In this document: piece after piece, positions 10,427 through 19,782 of the stretch
Position numbering within the stretch: the stretch's first letter is position 1
Layout: every line of letters begins with the position of its first letter
Assembly (NCBI GenBank): GCA_041749335.1
Contig: JBGTBM010000009.1
Span: 64,179 to 128,178, forward strand
From: Patescibacteria group bacterium
Lineage (GTDB): Bacteria; Patescibacteriota; JABMPQ01
Direction of reading: 5' to 3'
Length of the DNA: 64,000 bases
Position numbers and translations under genes: made by a program
The notes under the pieces: model-generated
Seen by the model: only the letters and a program-made list of their open reading frames with translations
The model's database searches: none
Told to the model about the DNA's origin: nothing

Positions 10427-10454
10427 TGACAAATAATTATTTTTTGTTATTGTA
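10427..10454 (+). promoter_or_regulatory. Putative sigma70 promoter of the 10492 orphan gene
   Basis: TTGACA ~16 nt upstream of TG-T-TATTGT (extended -10-like), followed by AAGGAAAGAG before the ATG. Confidence 0.45.
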
Positions 10455-10491
10455 TGGCATAATCACTTGCACTTTTTAAAGGAAAGAGAAA

Positions 10492-10854
10492 ATGACGAGA
10501 AAACAAAAGATTCAAATCATTGTTTCTTTTATCTTCTTTTTCTTTTTTGGATTATTTGTTGGAGCAAACATTCTCGCTACCTTATTAAAACACAAAATTG
10601 TCACGATTAAGGGAGTAAATACTCCGTACAGAATTATCAATATCTACGCCAATAATCCAGAATGCTACGTTCCAACTTTTATCACCGGCCGTCACCTGCA
10701 GGGCTGTGGAAAAAGAATATTTCTAATGACAAATGGTCGGTGCGACCCAGAAAAGAGCTTTCCACAATATTGGACAAGGACAAACTACAAAGACGGATGG
10801 GACTTACTTTGTTTAGAATCCTACTTACGTGAACTTAAAACTGGTCGTCCCTAA
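10492..10854 (+). CDS. Hypothetical membrane-anchored protein with 4 Cys
   Basis: 120 aa, N-terminal basic plus hydrophobic segment, SD-like AAGGA, own promoter and terminator; no family recognised. Confidence 0.7.
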   Translation: MTRKQKIQIIVSFIFFFFFGLFVGANILATLLKHKIVTIKGVNTPYRIINIYANNPECYVPTFITGRHLQGCGKRIFLMTNGRCDPEKSFPQYWTRTNYKDGWDLLCLESYLRELKTGRP

Positions 10855-10882
10855 ATATTCTTTATCTACAATACCAACTCGC

Positions 10883-10907
10883 CCTTGATTTTTTCAAGGT
10901 TTTTTTT
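10883..10907 (+). terminator. Intrinsic terminator after the 10492 gene
   Basis: CCTTGA-TTTTT-TCAAGG followed by T8. Confidence 0.7.
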
Positions 10908-10963
10908 ATAAAAAAAGAGAGTCAAGCTCAAATTTAATTCTCAATAATAATCAGTATTAAATG

Positions 10964-11875
10964 CTAATCCCAATTATAATTTCCAAAAGTCCACTCGATC
11001 ATCGCTTTGGTATCATGAAATTGCCGTCCATCCTCCTTTTCTCCCAATACGACTGTAATTATCTCATGTTTATTATCATCTACTCCAAATGTTATCAAGC
11101 AATATCCGGCATTGTCCGTAAAACCAGTTTTGCCTCCATTGATTAAAAAATAATCTTCCTGCAAAAGTTTATTGGTATTTTTGAATTGATGATGTTTTGG
11201 CATATTCACCGCATCAAATTGATAATCTTTCATTTTAATTAATTGGCGAAAGGTTTCATTTTTATAAGCGTATAAAGCTAATTTAGCCAAGTCACTGGCG
11301 CTTGAGTAATGATTTTCCTGATCTAGGCCGTGAGGATTTTGAAATTTGGTATTTTCCATGCTCAATTCATCTGCCTTTTTATTCATTAAACTAACAAATT
11401 TCTTTTCCTCTTTTGCCACTTTGCGTGCGATTGCTACAGCCGCATCATTGCCGGAATTTATTAACAAACCATGCAATAAATCACTGACTCTAACTTCTTC
11501 TCCTGCTTCCAAATTTATACCAGATCCATATATTTTATTTACTTCCGGCTCAATTACATAGGTGTCCTCCAATGGAACATCACTATCTAAAAGTATAACC
11601 GCAGTCATCACCTTAGTGAGAGACGCCATGGGCATGTTTGACTGGCTATTTTTTTCAAATAATACCCGGCCAGAACTATAATCAACAACCATGGCGGATT
11701 TGCCGTCAATGTCAACTCCCAGGCTAGTGCTATTTTTGTATGGAGAAATAATTCTTTGCTCTGACTGGCTATTACCACTTTCTACCGGAATAATATTTTT
11801 ATCAATAACAAAACCAGTCCCCCAAAAAGACGAAGTAAAGATAATCAAGCTTGCTAAAAATATTTTTGTGATCAT
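10964..11875 (-). CDS. D-alanyl-D-alanine carboxypeptidase (peptidase S11)
   Basis: MASLTKVMT (SxxK), SGNDAA (SxN), NPHGLD, GGKTGFT (KTG). Start moved to ATG 11875 (MITKIFLA, signal/TM) to avoid overlap with the ferredoxin. Confidence 0.93.
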   Translation of the reverse strand: MITKIFLASLIIFTSSFWGTGFVIDKNIIPVESGNSQSEQRIISPYKNSTSLGVDIDGKSAMVVDYSSGRVLFEKNSQSNMPMASLTKVMTAVILLDSDVPLEDTYVIEPEVNKIYGSGINLEAGEEVRVSDLLHGLLINSGNDAAVAIARKVAKEEKKFVSLMNKKADELSMENTKFQNPHGLDQENHYSSASDLAKLALYAYKNETFRQLIKMKDYQFDAVNMPKHHQFKNTNKLLQEDYFLINGGKTGFTDNAGYCLITFGVDDNKHEIITVVLGEKEDGRQFHDTKAMIEWTFGNYNWD

Positions 11876-11883
11876 TGATAAAT

Positions 11884-12078
11884 TTACTTTTCTTCGCTCG
11901 TTATTGCTTGCACCGGACATGACTCAATTGTATCAGAAATGCAATCCAAGCTATCAACTTCATTTTTTATCACTACTGCCTTATCCCCCTTTAATTCAAA
12001 ATGTTCGGAACAAAGTGCTACACAAGTTCCACAGCCAATGCAAGTTTCTTCATTAATTTTTATTTCATATTTTGCCAT
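11884..12078 (-). CDS. Single-cluster ferredoxin
   Basis: CIGCGTCVALC ... CPVQAI in 64 aa. Confidence 0.92.
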   Translation of the reverse strand: MAKYEIKINEETCIGCGTCVALCSEHFELKGDKAVVIKNEVDSLDCISDTIESCPVQAITSEEK

Positions 12079-12102
12079 ATGTTTAATTATTTTAAAAATA
12101 TT

Positions 12103-13554
12103 TTAACCCTTAATGACTATATAAGGCTTAAGTCGAGCCACTTTTTCGTTTATTCCTGCATTATGCATTACATTTACTACACTTTCAATATCTTTGTATG
12201 CTCCAGGCGCTTCTTCTGCCAATCCTGCCATGCTATGACCTTTTATAATAATACCTTCTTGTTTTAATTTATCTCTTAATTCTTCGCCCCGCCATATTTT
12301 TTTTGCTTGGCTTCTGGATAATCGCCTACCCGCGCCATGCACGCCGCTACCGAATGTTTCATTCATTGCCTTGGCAGTGCCCTTCAAAATATATGAAGCC
12401 GTCCCCATAGTTCCACCAACAAATAAAGGCTGGCCAATTTTACGATATTTTTTACAGATCTCGATTCTGCCCGGACCAAATGCTCTAGTTGATCCCTTTC
12501 GATGAACCAATACGTCTTTAATAATACCGTTAATTCTATGTTTTTCAATTTTGCATGTGTTGTGGCCAACTTCATACATTGTATCAATGTCCGTTTCTTT
12601 AATTTTCATAACTCTACCAATAGTTTTTCGAGCTAAATGGGCAATTACTTGACGATTGGCGAAGGCTGCATTGGTGCCACAATTAACCGCCTGTAAATAA
12701 TCCTGGCCTTCTGGACTTTTGATCGGAGCGGCTACCAATTCTCTTTCCCTAATCGGAATCTTATATTTTTTTGATGCCGCTTCTAAGATCTTTAAATAAT
12801 CTGAACCAATTTGATGGCCCAAACCTCTCGATCCGCAATGAATTGAAATAACCGCTTGGCTTTCAAACAATCCAAAAACTTTTGCCGCCTCTTGATCAAT
12901 TATTTTATCCACTATATCTATTTCCAAATAGTGGTTACCCGATCCCAATGTGCCGATTTGCTCTATTTGTCTTCTCTTTGCTTTTTCGGAAATTTTTTCC
13001 GGATTTGCATTGTTAATTTTTCCTCCTTCTTCAATATATTCCAAATCTTTTGGTAAACCATAACCTAATTTCACAATATATTTAGCGCCATTTATCAATA
13101 TCTCTTCAATTTGTTTAAAATCCATCTTTATTTTACCCCCCATGCCTAAACCGGCCGGAATATTTTCAAATAGAGCCTGCGCCAGATTTTCTTTTTGTGG
13201 TTCAATATCAGATTGCGTTAATTTAGTCTTCATAACCCTTACGCCGCAATTAATATCGAATCCTACTCCAGCGACGCTAATTACCCCCTGGTCTAAATTA
13301 AAAGCACCAATCCCGCCAATGCAAAATCCATATCCCGGGTGTACGTCAGCCAGCGCTAAAGAATATTTTTCAATACCTGGAAGCGAGGCAACATTAATAA
13401 TTTGCCTGATTGCATTCCATTCTTTATTTAAATCATTTTTTAAATCCTGCGTAATTTCTTCATCAGCGTATATTCTCCCCGGTACTAACATCTGCCCGAT
13501 TTTTGAAATTTCATAGATATTGTCAGATATTTTTTTTAGCTCTGCCTCGAGCAT
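12103..13554 (-). CDS. rtcB: RNA ligase RtcB (archaeal/eukaryote-like length)
   Basis: DVHPGYGF, GFDINCGVR, GTLGSGNHYLE, HCGSRGLGHQ, HN, HRKG, HGAGR, EEAPGAYKD. Confidence 0.96.
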   Translation of the reverse strand: MLEAELKKISDNIYEISKIGQMLVPGRIYADEEITQDLKNDLNKEWNAIRQIINVASLPGIEKYSLALADVHPGYGFCIGGIGAFNLDQGVISVAGVGFDINCGVRVMKTKLTQSDIEPQKENLAQALFENIPAGLGMGGKIKMDFKQIEEILINGAKYIVKLGYGLPKDLEYIEEGGKINNANPEKISEKAKRRQIEQIGTLGSGNHYLEIDIVDKIIDQEAAKVFGLFESQAVISIHCGSRGLGHQIGSDYLKILEAASKKYKIPIRERELVAAPIKSPEGQDYLQAVNCGTNAAFANRQVIAHLARKTIGRVMKIKETDIDTMYEVGHNTCKIEKHRINGIIKDVLVHRKGSTRAFGPGRIEICKKYRKIGQPLFVGGTMGTASYILKGTAKAMNETFGSGVHGAGRRLSRSQAKKIWRGEELRDKLKQEGIIIKGHSMAGLAEEAPGAYKDIESVVNVMHNAGINEKVARLKPYIVIKG

Positions 13555-13576
13555 ATATTTTATTTATTTTTTTTAG

Positions 13577-14002
13577 CTATACATCTATTATACATTTTGC
13601 CTCCCATGATCCCTGCTTCTGTTTAACACTCAATTGAGAAAATGTTGCTCCCTTAGCCTCTACTTTAATTTGATGTTTCGCGGGATTTAACTTTTCACCC
13701 CAGATTATCGCTCGTAATTCATATATATCATTTTTATTTATAATTTCTTCAATTTTAAATTTTGAAAAAACCATTCCGGTTACATCTTTTTGGAATATCA
13801 ATTCATTCAGCCACTCAACAAATAATCCGGCTTTATCTTTAGAGCTGCACATCACGCTGATTTTTTCTATTGGTTTTACGGTTTTTATCTCCACCATGAT
13901 ATCAAAAAGAGCCTTGGCGCCATCTGCAAAAACTTCCCGTAGATTTTCCCCAGTGCTGGTAATTCCAATATCCGATCGATGATCATAATACCCATAAGCC
14001 AT
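13577..14002 (-). CDS. Archease
   Basis: N-terminal DHRSDIG, WLNELIF, EAKGATF, C-terminal IIDV; immediately upstream of rtcB. Confidence 0.93.
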   Translation of the reverse strand: MAYGYYDHRSDIGITSTGENLREVFADGAKALFDIMVEIKTVKPIEKISVMCSSKDKAGLFVEWLNELIFQKDVTGMVFSKFKIEEIINKNDIYELRAIIWGEKLNPAKHQIKVEAKGATFSQLSVKQKQGSWEAKCIIDV

Positions 14003-14005
14003 AAT

Positions 14006-15526
14006 TTAATGATTAATATATTCAAAAATCATTTTATCGGTTAAATATTCTATCGGCGCCTTGTCGTCAGTTAATTTAAGAGCATTTTTTTCATATTTAA
14101 AATTGTAACTTTTATCTTTAGTATTTTTTAATGTATTAATTAATTCTTTTCGAATATCCCGATTGCTGATATTGTCAAAATTGATCTTTTCGTTCCTTCC
14201 GACTATCATATAATTGAAGCTAAAATTTATCGGCGTAATCATAATATTAGAGAAGTTGTAAGCAATGGAATTTGCTATTGCCAATAAAAGCTCCGATTTT
14301 TCGGATTCTGCATTAACATTAATCGCCACCATTCCCTTTTCATGTAATTTCTCCTCAATTAATTTAAAAAATTCTTCGGTTGTCAAATGAAATGGAATTT
14401 GCAATTGATTATTATAAGCATCGATTATTATTAAATCATATTTCTTTTCCGCTTGTTTAAGAAACATCCGACCTTCTTCATTGTAAATATTAAACCCCTT
14501 ATCGTTAGTATCAAAATATTTTTTGGAAATATCTATTACTTCATTATCAATTTCGACTCCGTCTATATTAATTATTTTATCTTCACAAAAATATTTCATC
14601 TGATTTGCGATAGTTCCGCCGGCAAAACCGATAATCAATATATCTAACTCTTTTTTTTCCAACATTTCCGGCAATAAATTATAATAATCATAATAATACC
14701 TGGATATATTATTATTGGGATTATAAACCGAATTTATTCCGATTCCTTCGTTATATAATAAATGCCTAGTTCCATCAATTTGTTCAATAACTTGAATATA
14801 TTGATAGGCCGATTCCGTTTCATAAACAGCATTAGCATTAGATTTAATAGAATATATGTTTAAAAAAAGTACCGGGAAAAATATTAAAAAGATTAGCAGA
14901 TACTTTTTATTTTTTTTTAACAAACCAATTATGGATAACAGCATCAGAGTTAGCGCAGAAGCGATAATTGTTCTTTTAGTGCCGATCGTCGGAATTAACA
15001 CAATTGTTGAAATAAAAGTACCGATGATGCTTCCGATAGTGGAAAATGCAAAAACCGAACCGGAAATATTACCGATATTTTCATTGGTAATAGATAAAAG
15101 CTTAATAATATAGGGGCTAACCATCCCCAAGAGCAGAATGGGCAAGACAAATAGCAATAAAGTGGAAAAAAAAGAGCCAACTAGAATTATAATAGAAGAA
15201 ACATTGGCTTTAAAAATATCTATCGTCGTTAAATCCGCTACCGGCCTTACTAAAAGTGGGATTATAATTATTAACAACGAGGCTAATAAAATAATTTGCA
15301 TTAATTGCGTTTTGCTATGATATTTATCAGATAATTTTCCCCCGAAATAATATCCCAATGAAAGCGCCAGCATCACTAAACCGATAACATTGGTCCAAAC
15401 GAAAATTGAAGTTCCAAAATAAGGCGCCAACAAGCGCGAAGCCGCCATTTCAACCGCCATAATAACCATTCCGGAAATAACCGCGACAAAATAAAGATAT
15501 TTATTTTGATTCTTAATTTTTTTCAT
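14006..15526 (-). CDS. Fused membrane domain / spermidine-synthase-like SAM-dependent transferase
   Basis: N-terminal multi-TM region (EMAASRLLAPYFGTS..W..VIG) and C-terminal Rossmann motifs IIGFAGG, VEID, YDLIIIDAY, PFHLTTEEFF. Confidence 0.88.
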   Translation of the reverse strand: MKKIKNQNKYLYFVAVISGMVIMAVEMAASRLLAPYFGTSIFVWTNVIGLVMLALSLGYYFGGKLSDKYHSKTQLMQIILLASLLIIIIPLLVRPVADLTTIDIFKANVSSIIILVGSFFSTLLLFVLPILLLGMVSPYIIKLLSITNENIGNISGSVFAFSTIGSIIGTFISTIVLIPTIGTKRTIIASALTLMLLSIIGLLKKNKKYLLIFLIFFPVLFLNIYSIKSNANAVYETESAYQYIQVIEQIDGTRHLLYNEGIGINSVYNPNNNISRYYYDYYNLLPEMLEKKELDILIIGFAGGTIANQMKYFCEDKIINIDGVEIDNEVIDISKKYFDTNDKGFNIYNEEGRMFLKQAEKKYDLIIIDAYNNQLQIPFHLTTEEFFKLIEEKLHEKGMVAINVNAESEKSELLLAIANSIAYNFSNIMITPINFSFNYMIVGRNEKINFDNISNRDIRKELINTLKNTKDKSYNFKYEKNALKLTDDKAPIEYLTDKMIFEYINH

Positions 15527-15537
15527 AATTTAATATT

Positions 15538-16521
15538 TTATAATACTTTATTTAATGGCTTTTTGCCGGAAAGAACAGCAATAATATTTTTAGCTGCCAC
15601 TTCAGACATCCTTGATCTTGTTTCGTTTGAAGCCGAGGCTATATGGGGAGTAAAAATCGCATTATTTAATTGCTTAAATCGATTTTTTACCTCTAGGCTA
15701 CATCCCAAAAGCGGCTCGCATTCAAAAACATCCAATGCCGCTCCTCTAATTTTTTTCTTTTCCAGCGCATTTAGTAATGCTCTCTCGTCCACTATCGGAC
15801 CGCGAGAAGTATTTATTAAATATGCGGTTTTTTTCATCATTGCAAATTCCCGATGTCCAATTAGATGTTTAGTGCTAGGCAGGAGTGGGACATGCAAGCT
15901 AACAAAATCTGATTTTTTCAATAATTGGTTCTTAGATAAATATTTTGCTTTATATTTTTTCTCAAATTTAATATCTCTTTTAATATCATTATATGCTAAT
16001 TTCATTCCCATCCCATTGACCGCCTTTTGGGCCACTGCATATCCGATTCGACCCAGGCCGATTACACCCAGTAATTTTCCCCGTAAGTCATCCCCTAGAA
16101 ACAACATCGGACCCCAACCCTTAAATTTTCCTGAACGCATATATTTATCAGCTTCAACTATCCGGCACGCAATAGACATCATTAAAGCGAAGGCATGTTC
16201 CGCTACCGTGTCAGTTAAAACGCCAGGAGTATTAGTAACAATGATATTTCTTTTTTTTGCATAATTAAGGTCGATATTATTAAAACCAACGGCGTAATTA
16301 GCTATAATCCTCAAATTATCACCTGCCGCATTAATGATTTCCGCATCAATTTGATCGGTTAAAAGACATAATAGAGCATCAATTCCTTTTACATTCTTAA
16401 TTAATTCTTTTTTACTTAAAGCTCGGTCATATGGATTAATTTTTACGTCAAATATTTTTTTTAAAACAAGAATTCCACTTTGAGGAACTTGGCGTGTGAC
16501 AAATATTTTTTTCTTTCTCAT
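15538..16521 (-). CDS. D-isomer 2-hydroxyacid dehydrogenase (glyoxylate reductase / D-glycerate dehydrogenase)
   Basis: ANYAVGFNNID, TNTPGVLT, GVIGLGRIG, SLHVPL, INTSRGP, ALDVFECEP, TPHIASA. Start placed at ATG 16521 (MRKKKIFVTR). Confidence 0.93.
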   Translation of the reverse strand: MRKKKIFVTRQVPQSGILVLKKIFDVKINPYDRALSKKELIKNVKGIDALLCLLTDQIDAEIINAAGDNLRIIANYAVGFNNIDLNYAKKRNIIVTNTPGVLTDTVAEHAFALMMSIACRIVEADKYMRSGKFKGWGPMLFLGDDLRGKLLGVIGLGRIGYAVAQKAVNGMGMKLAYNDIKRDIKFEKKYKAKYLSKNQLLKKSDFVSLHVPLLPSTKHLIGHREFAMMKKTAYLINTSRGPIVDERALLNALEKKKIRGAALDVFECEPLLGCSLEVKNRFKQLNNAIFTPHIASASNETRSRMSEVAAKNIIAVLSGKKPLNKVL

Positions 16522-16522
16522 T

Positions 16523-17776
16523 TTATTTTTTATATTCTTTATTAATATCAATATACCCTTGTTCAAAATTATTAATTATCAATTCTTCCATTTTTTCTTT
16601 ACCAACAAATTCCTCAAATATTCGATTCCATAGAGCTTCTTGGTGATGATATAAATATTTAATTCTTTCTTTTTCTTTTACTAAAGACATCACGCTGTCA
16701 ATTAAATTAAAGCTAACAAGGTCTTCTCCCTTTTTATTGATAAAAAAATCTCCAACAAAGTTTAAATTTTTCCAAAAAGTAAAATCTAAATCTTCATATC
16801 TGGCATCCAACTGGGTTAGATTATTTTCGGCTTTATCCCAATGTATGGTTTCGGGATTAACATGGGGCTCAAACAATCTAAAATCGTTGGGATCATCCTT
16901 CGCCAGATATCTCTGGACAATTCTCCACTTATTATGGCCTGTCAATTTAGTTTCAATAACGTCTCCCCTGATTAATGAAACAATTTTTTTGCCGATGTTG
17001 TGATTATTTTGATATTTTTTAAATAACTTTGAATAAAATGTGACTTCGTTCAAATAATGTAATACCAAAGAAAATATTCTCAACATTTCTCCTGGAGTAT
17101 CAACATCGAGCGGAATAATAAATACCACGCCCAGCTCTTTTAAATGGCTGACGTTATGATATTTTTTTTGTATGAATTTTTCCGCTACTTCCAGCCATTT
17201 TCCATCTAAAACGATAATGTCAATATTTCGTTCTTCAAAATCTTCCGGTTTTAAGCTGTTATATAGCGGTATAAATTTTTTATTCATCCAATCAGAAGAT
17301 TCAACAAACCTTAGTGCAGAAAATACTTGTTTAAAATCTTCATGGGCCAAAAGCTCATTAGTATCCTTATATCCCAAGGATTTCAAGATGTTTTTCGGCG
17401 GACATTGATGGATCATCTGTCTGGCAATTTCTTCCTTAAGAAAATACCCCCTTTTTACATCTGCTAGCTCTAAAAGAAGCTGAATCATTAAACGGCATGA
17501 TTTTACATATGTACACTTAGGCTTCCCTAAAATATCATATAATTTTTTATCGTCGCTCTTTAATTTATTTATTATAGCTTCATAAACCTCGTGGCTATTT
17601 GACTCTCTGGAAAGATTTAAAACACTCAACACTTCTTTGACCTTAAAATCATTTTCCGCCATCACTCGCTCTAAAGCTCCATGAATATTACAAATATCTG
17701 CCATAGAATTACATACATTCAAAATATAATCCTCCTTAATTCTTAAAATCTTCGCAAATTTTTCTGCTGGTTTCAT
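16523..17776 (-). CDS. Hypothetical soluble protein with His/Glu-rich C-terminal motifs
   Basis: 417-aa ORF tightly packed between pfkB-like and dehydrogenase genes; KYHNVSHLKELG, LHYLNEV, EPHVNPETIHW, YLYHHQEALWN. Confidence 0.85.
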   Translation of the reverse strand: MKPAEKFAKILRIKEDYILNVCNSMADICNIHGALERVMAENDFKVKEVLSVLNLSRESNSHEVYEAIINKLKSDDKKLYDILGKPKCTYVKSCRLMIQLLLELADVKRGYFLKEEIARQMIHQCPPKNILKSLGYKDTNELLAHEDFKQVFSALRFVESSDWMNKKFIPLYNSLKPEDFEERNIDIIVLDGKWLEVAEKFIQKKYHNVSHLKELGVVFIIPLDVDTPGEMLRIFSLVLHYLNEVTFYSKLFKKYQNNHNIGKKIVSLIRGDVIETKLTGHNKWRIVQRYLAKDDPNDFRLFEPHVNPETIHWDKAENNLTQLDARYEDLDFTFWKNLNFVGDFFINKKGEDLVSFNLIDSVMSLVKEKERIKYLYHHQEALWNRIFEEFVGKEKMEELIINNFEQGYIDINKEYKK

Positions 17777-17781
17777 AACAT

Positions 17782-18771
17782 TTATTTTAATTTATATTCA
17801 ATGACTTTAATTTTCTTAAATTTAGATAAATCTGATTTTTTCAAAATCCCATTTTTTGCCCCAATTTCTTTAATTACCGCAGTGGCATTGGCCGAGCCGA
17901 GCTGTATGGCATATTCGATTGAATTATTTATCATTAAGCCAGACACAAATCCCGATCCGAAAGAATCTCCCGCGCCGGTCCTCTCCACTACTTTGCCCGG
18001 AAGTATCCCGGCTTGAAAACATTGATTTCCATTACAAGCAATCAAGCCCGCAGGACCTCGAGTTACTACCACTACTCCTTCCTGGATCACATCTATTAGT
18101 CGTTTTAATATTTTATCAAGGTTATTAAATTTTATACCAGTTAGTTTTGCCGCCTCTTCTTGATTTAAATTAAGCAAGCTTACTTTTTTTAATATTGGCT
18201 TAAGCTTATTTAATCCATATTTTAATTCCTTAGCACCAGGATTTAGAGCAATTTTAATATTTTTCTTAACCGCAAGATTTACTACTTTGTTTAAAAATCC
18301 AATATCCCCGGCCAAAGATGTAATATAAAACCAATCAGAGTTAATATTTTCAGGAATATTAATTTCTTTAAATTGTGCGCTTGCCCCTCGATAAACAATT
18401 ACCATCCTTTCTCCTATTCTTGGTGAAGATATTAAAACTGAATAACCGGTATTTTCTTTTTTTGAAATATTAATATATTTAGTTTCAATGCCGAGTTTTT
18501 TTAACTCCTTGATTGATGCCTCGCCATTTTGGTCTTTGCCTACATTACTAATACATGTACTCTTAAACCCCAAACTTGAAAAAGTTGCCGCGGTATTAGT
18601 GGCGCCCCCACCGGTTGAAAAGACTATTTTATCAACCTCATTTTTTGATCCGACCTCGAAACAATATGCTTGGCCGGTTTCAAACCTCTTGTCATAATAT
18701 CCTTTTAAATTATTTCCCAGCAAAAAAACGTCCCTGGTTGCCGATCCAAAAGTTATTACATTATATTTCAT
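17782..18771 (-). CDS. PfkB/ribokinase-family carbohydrate kinase
   Basis: GSATRD, GGGATN.A, LNQEEA, VTRG, RTGAGDSFGSGF. Start placed at ATG 18771. Confidence 0.93.
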   Translation of the reverse strand: MKYNVITFGSATRDVFLLGNNLKGYYDKRFETGQAYCFEVGSKNEVDKIVFSTGGGATNTAATFSSLGFKSTCISNVGKDQNGEASIKELKKLGIETKYINISKKENTGYSVLISSPRIGERMVIVYRGASAQFKEINIPENINSDWFYITSLAGDIGFLNKVVNLAVKKNIKIALNPGAKELKYGLNKLKPILKKVSLLNLNQEEAAKLTGIKFNNLDKILKRLIDVIQEGVVVVTRGPAGLIACNGNQCFQAGILPGKVVERTGAGDSFGSGFVSGLMINNSIEYAIQLGSANATAVIKEIGAKNGILKKSDLSKFKKIKVIEYKLK

Positions 18772-18775
18772 AAAT

Positions 18776-19762
18776 TTATTTCCTTTTAATAACCTTTTTA
18801 ACAGCGTCAACAATATCTTTTTCAGTACAACCGTATTTTTTTAAAAGTTCTTCTGGCTCCCCGGATGCACCAAAGGTATCATTGATTCCAACCATTTCCA
18901 CCGGCACCGGGTAATACTTACCCAATACTTCCATAACAGCGCTGCCGGCCCCGCCCATAATTTGATGTTCTTCAACCGTTACAACCGCCTTGGTTTTTTT
19001 GGCTGAAGCTATTATAGTTTTTTCATCAATTGGCTTTATAGTATGATTATTAATAACTTCAACGTCAATTTTTTGAGCAAATAATTTTTTTGCAGCTTGT
19101 AATGCTTCATAAACCAATGGCCCGCAGGCAATAATACTGACATCGCTTCCCTCTTTTAATACATTGGCCTGACCCACTTTAAAGGGGGAATTCTTAGTAG
19201 TAAATACAGGAGTTGCTTCTCGGGCAAATCTTATATAAACCGGACCTTTAATTTTTGCAGCTTCCATGGTAGCTTTTTTAGTTTCCTCATAATCTCCGGG
19301 AACAATAACTTTAAGATTAGGCAGACATCTAGTAATGGCAATGTCTTCTAATGCCTGGTGAGTAGCGCCATCCGGACCTACAGAGATTCCAGTATGCGCT
19401 CCAGTTAATTTTACATTAGCCTTGCTATAACAAACAGACACGCGCAACTGATCCCAATTTCTGCCCGGACAAAAAACACCATAGGTTGAAATAAAAGGAA
19501 TTTTTCCGGAAAAAGCCATGCCGGCCGCCATTCCCATCATGTTTTGTTCTGCAATTCCCATCTGAACAAATCTATCCGGAAATTTTTCTTGAAAATAATT
19601 ACTTCTGGTTGATTCCGTTAGATCTGCGCATAAAACAACTACATTTTTATCTTTTTTACCCGCTTCCACCATTCCTTCTCCATAGCCATTTCTGGTAGGT
19701 ATTCTTTTTATTTTTTTTCTATCAAATAAATTTCTTGCTAATTTTGCTTTTGGATTTAACAT
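18776..19762 (-). CDS. Transketolase, C-terminal (pyrimidine-binding) subunit
   Basis: GIAEQNMMGMAAG, VGPDGATHQALED, PVYIRF, TIKPID, VEEH. Confidence 0.95.
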   Translation of the reverse strand: MLNPKAKLARNLFDRKKIKRIPTRNGYGEGMVEAGKKDKNVVVLCADLTESTRSNYFQEKFPDRFVQMGIAEQNMMGMAAGMAFSGKIPFISTYGVFCPGRNWDQLRVSVCYSKANVKLTGAHTGISVGPDGATHQALEDIAITRCLPNLKVIVPGDYEETKKATMEAAKIKGPVYIRFAREATPVFTTKNSPFKVGQANVLKEGSDVSIIACGPLVYEALQAAKKLFAQKIDVEVINNHTIKPIDEKTIIASAKKTKAVVTVEEHQIMGGAGSAVMEVLGKYYPVPVEMVGINDTFGASGEPEELLKKYGCTEKDIVDAVKKVIKRK

Positions 19763-19782
19763 AATATAATATTAATTAATTT

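Noticed and set aside
12103-13554. Intein in RtcB
   Set aside because: Length (483 aa) and motif spacing are normal.
15506-16264. 252-aa + strand ORF
   Set aside because: Lies almost entirely antisense to the well-supported hydroxyacid dehydrogenase; a shadow ORF with no motifs.
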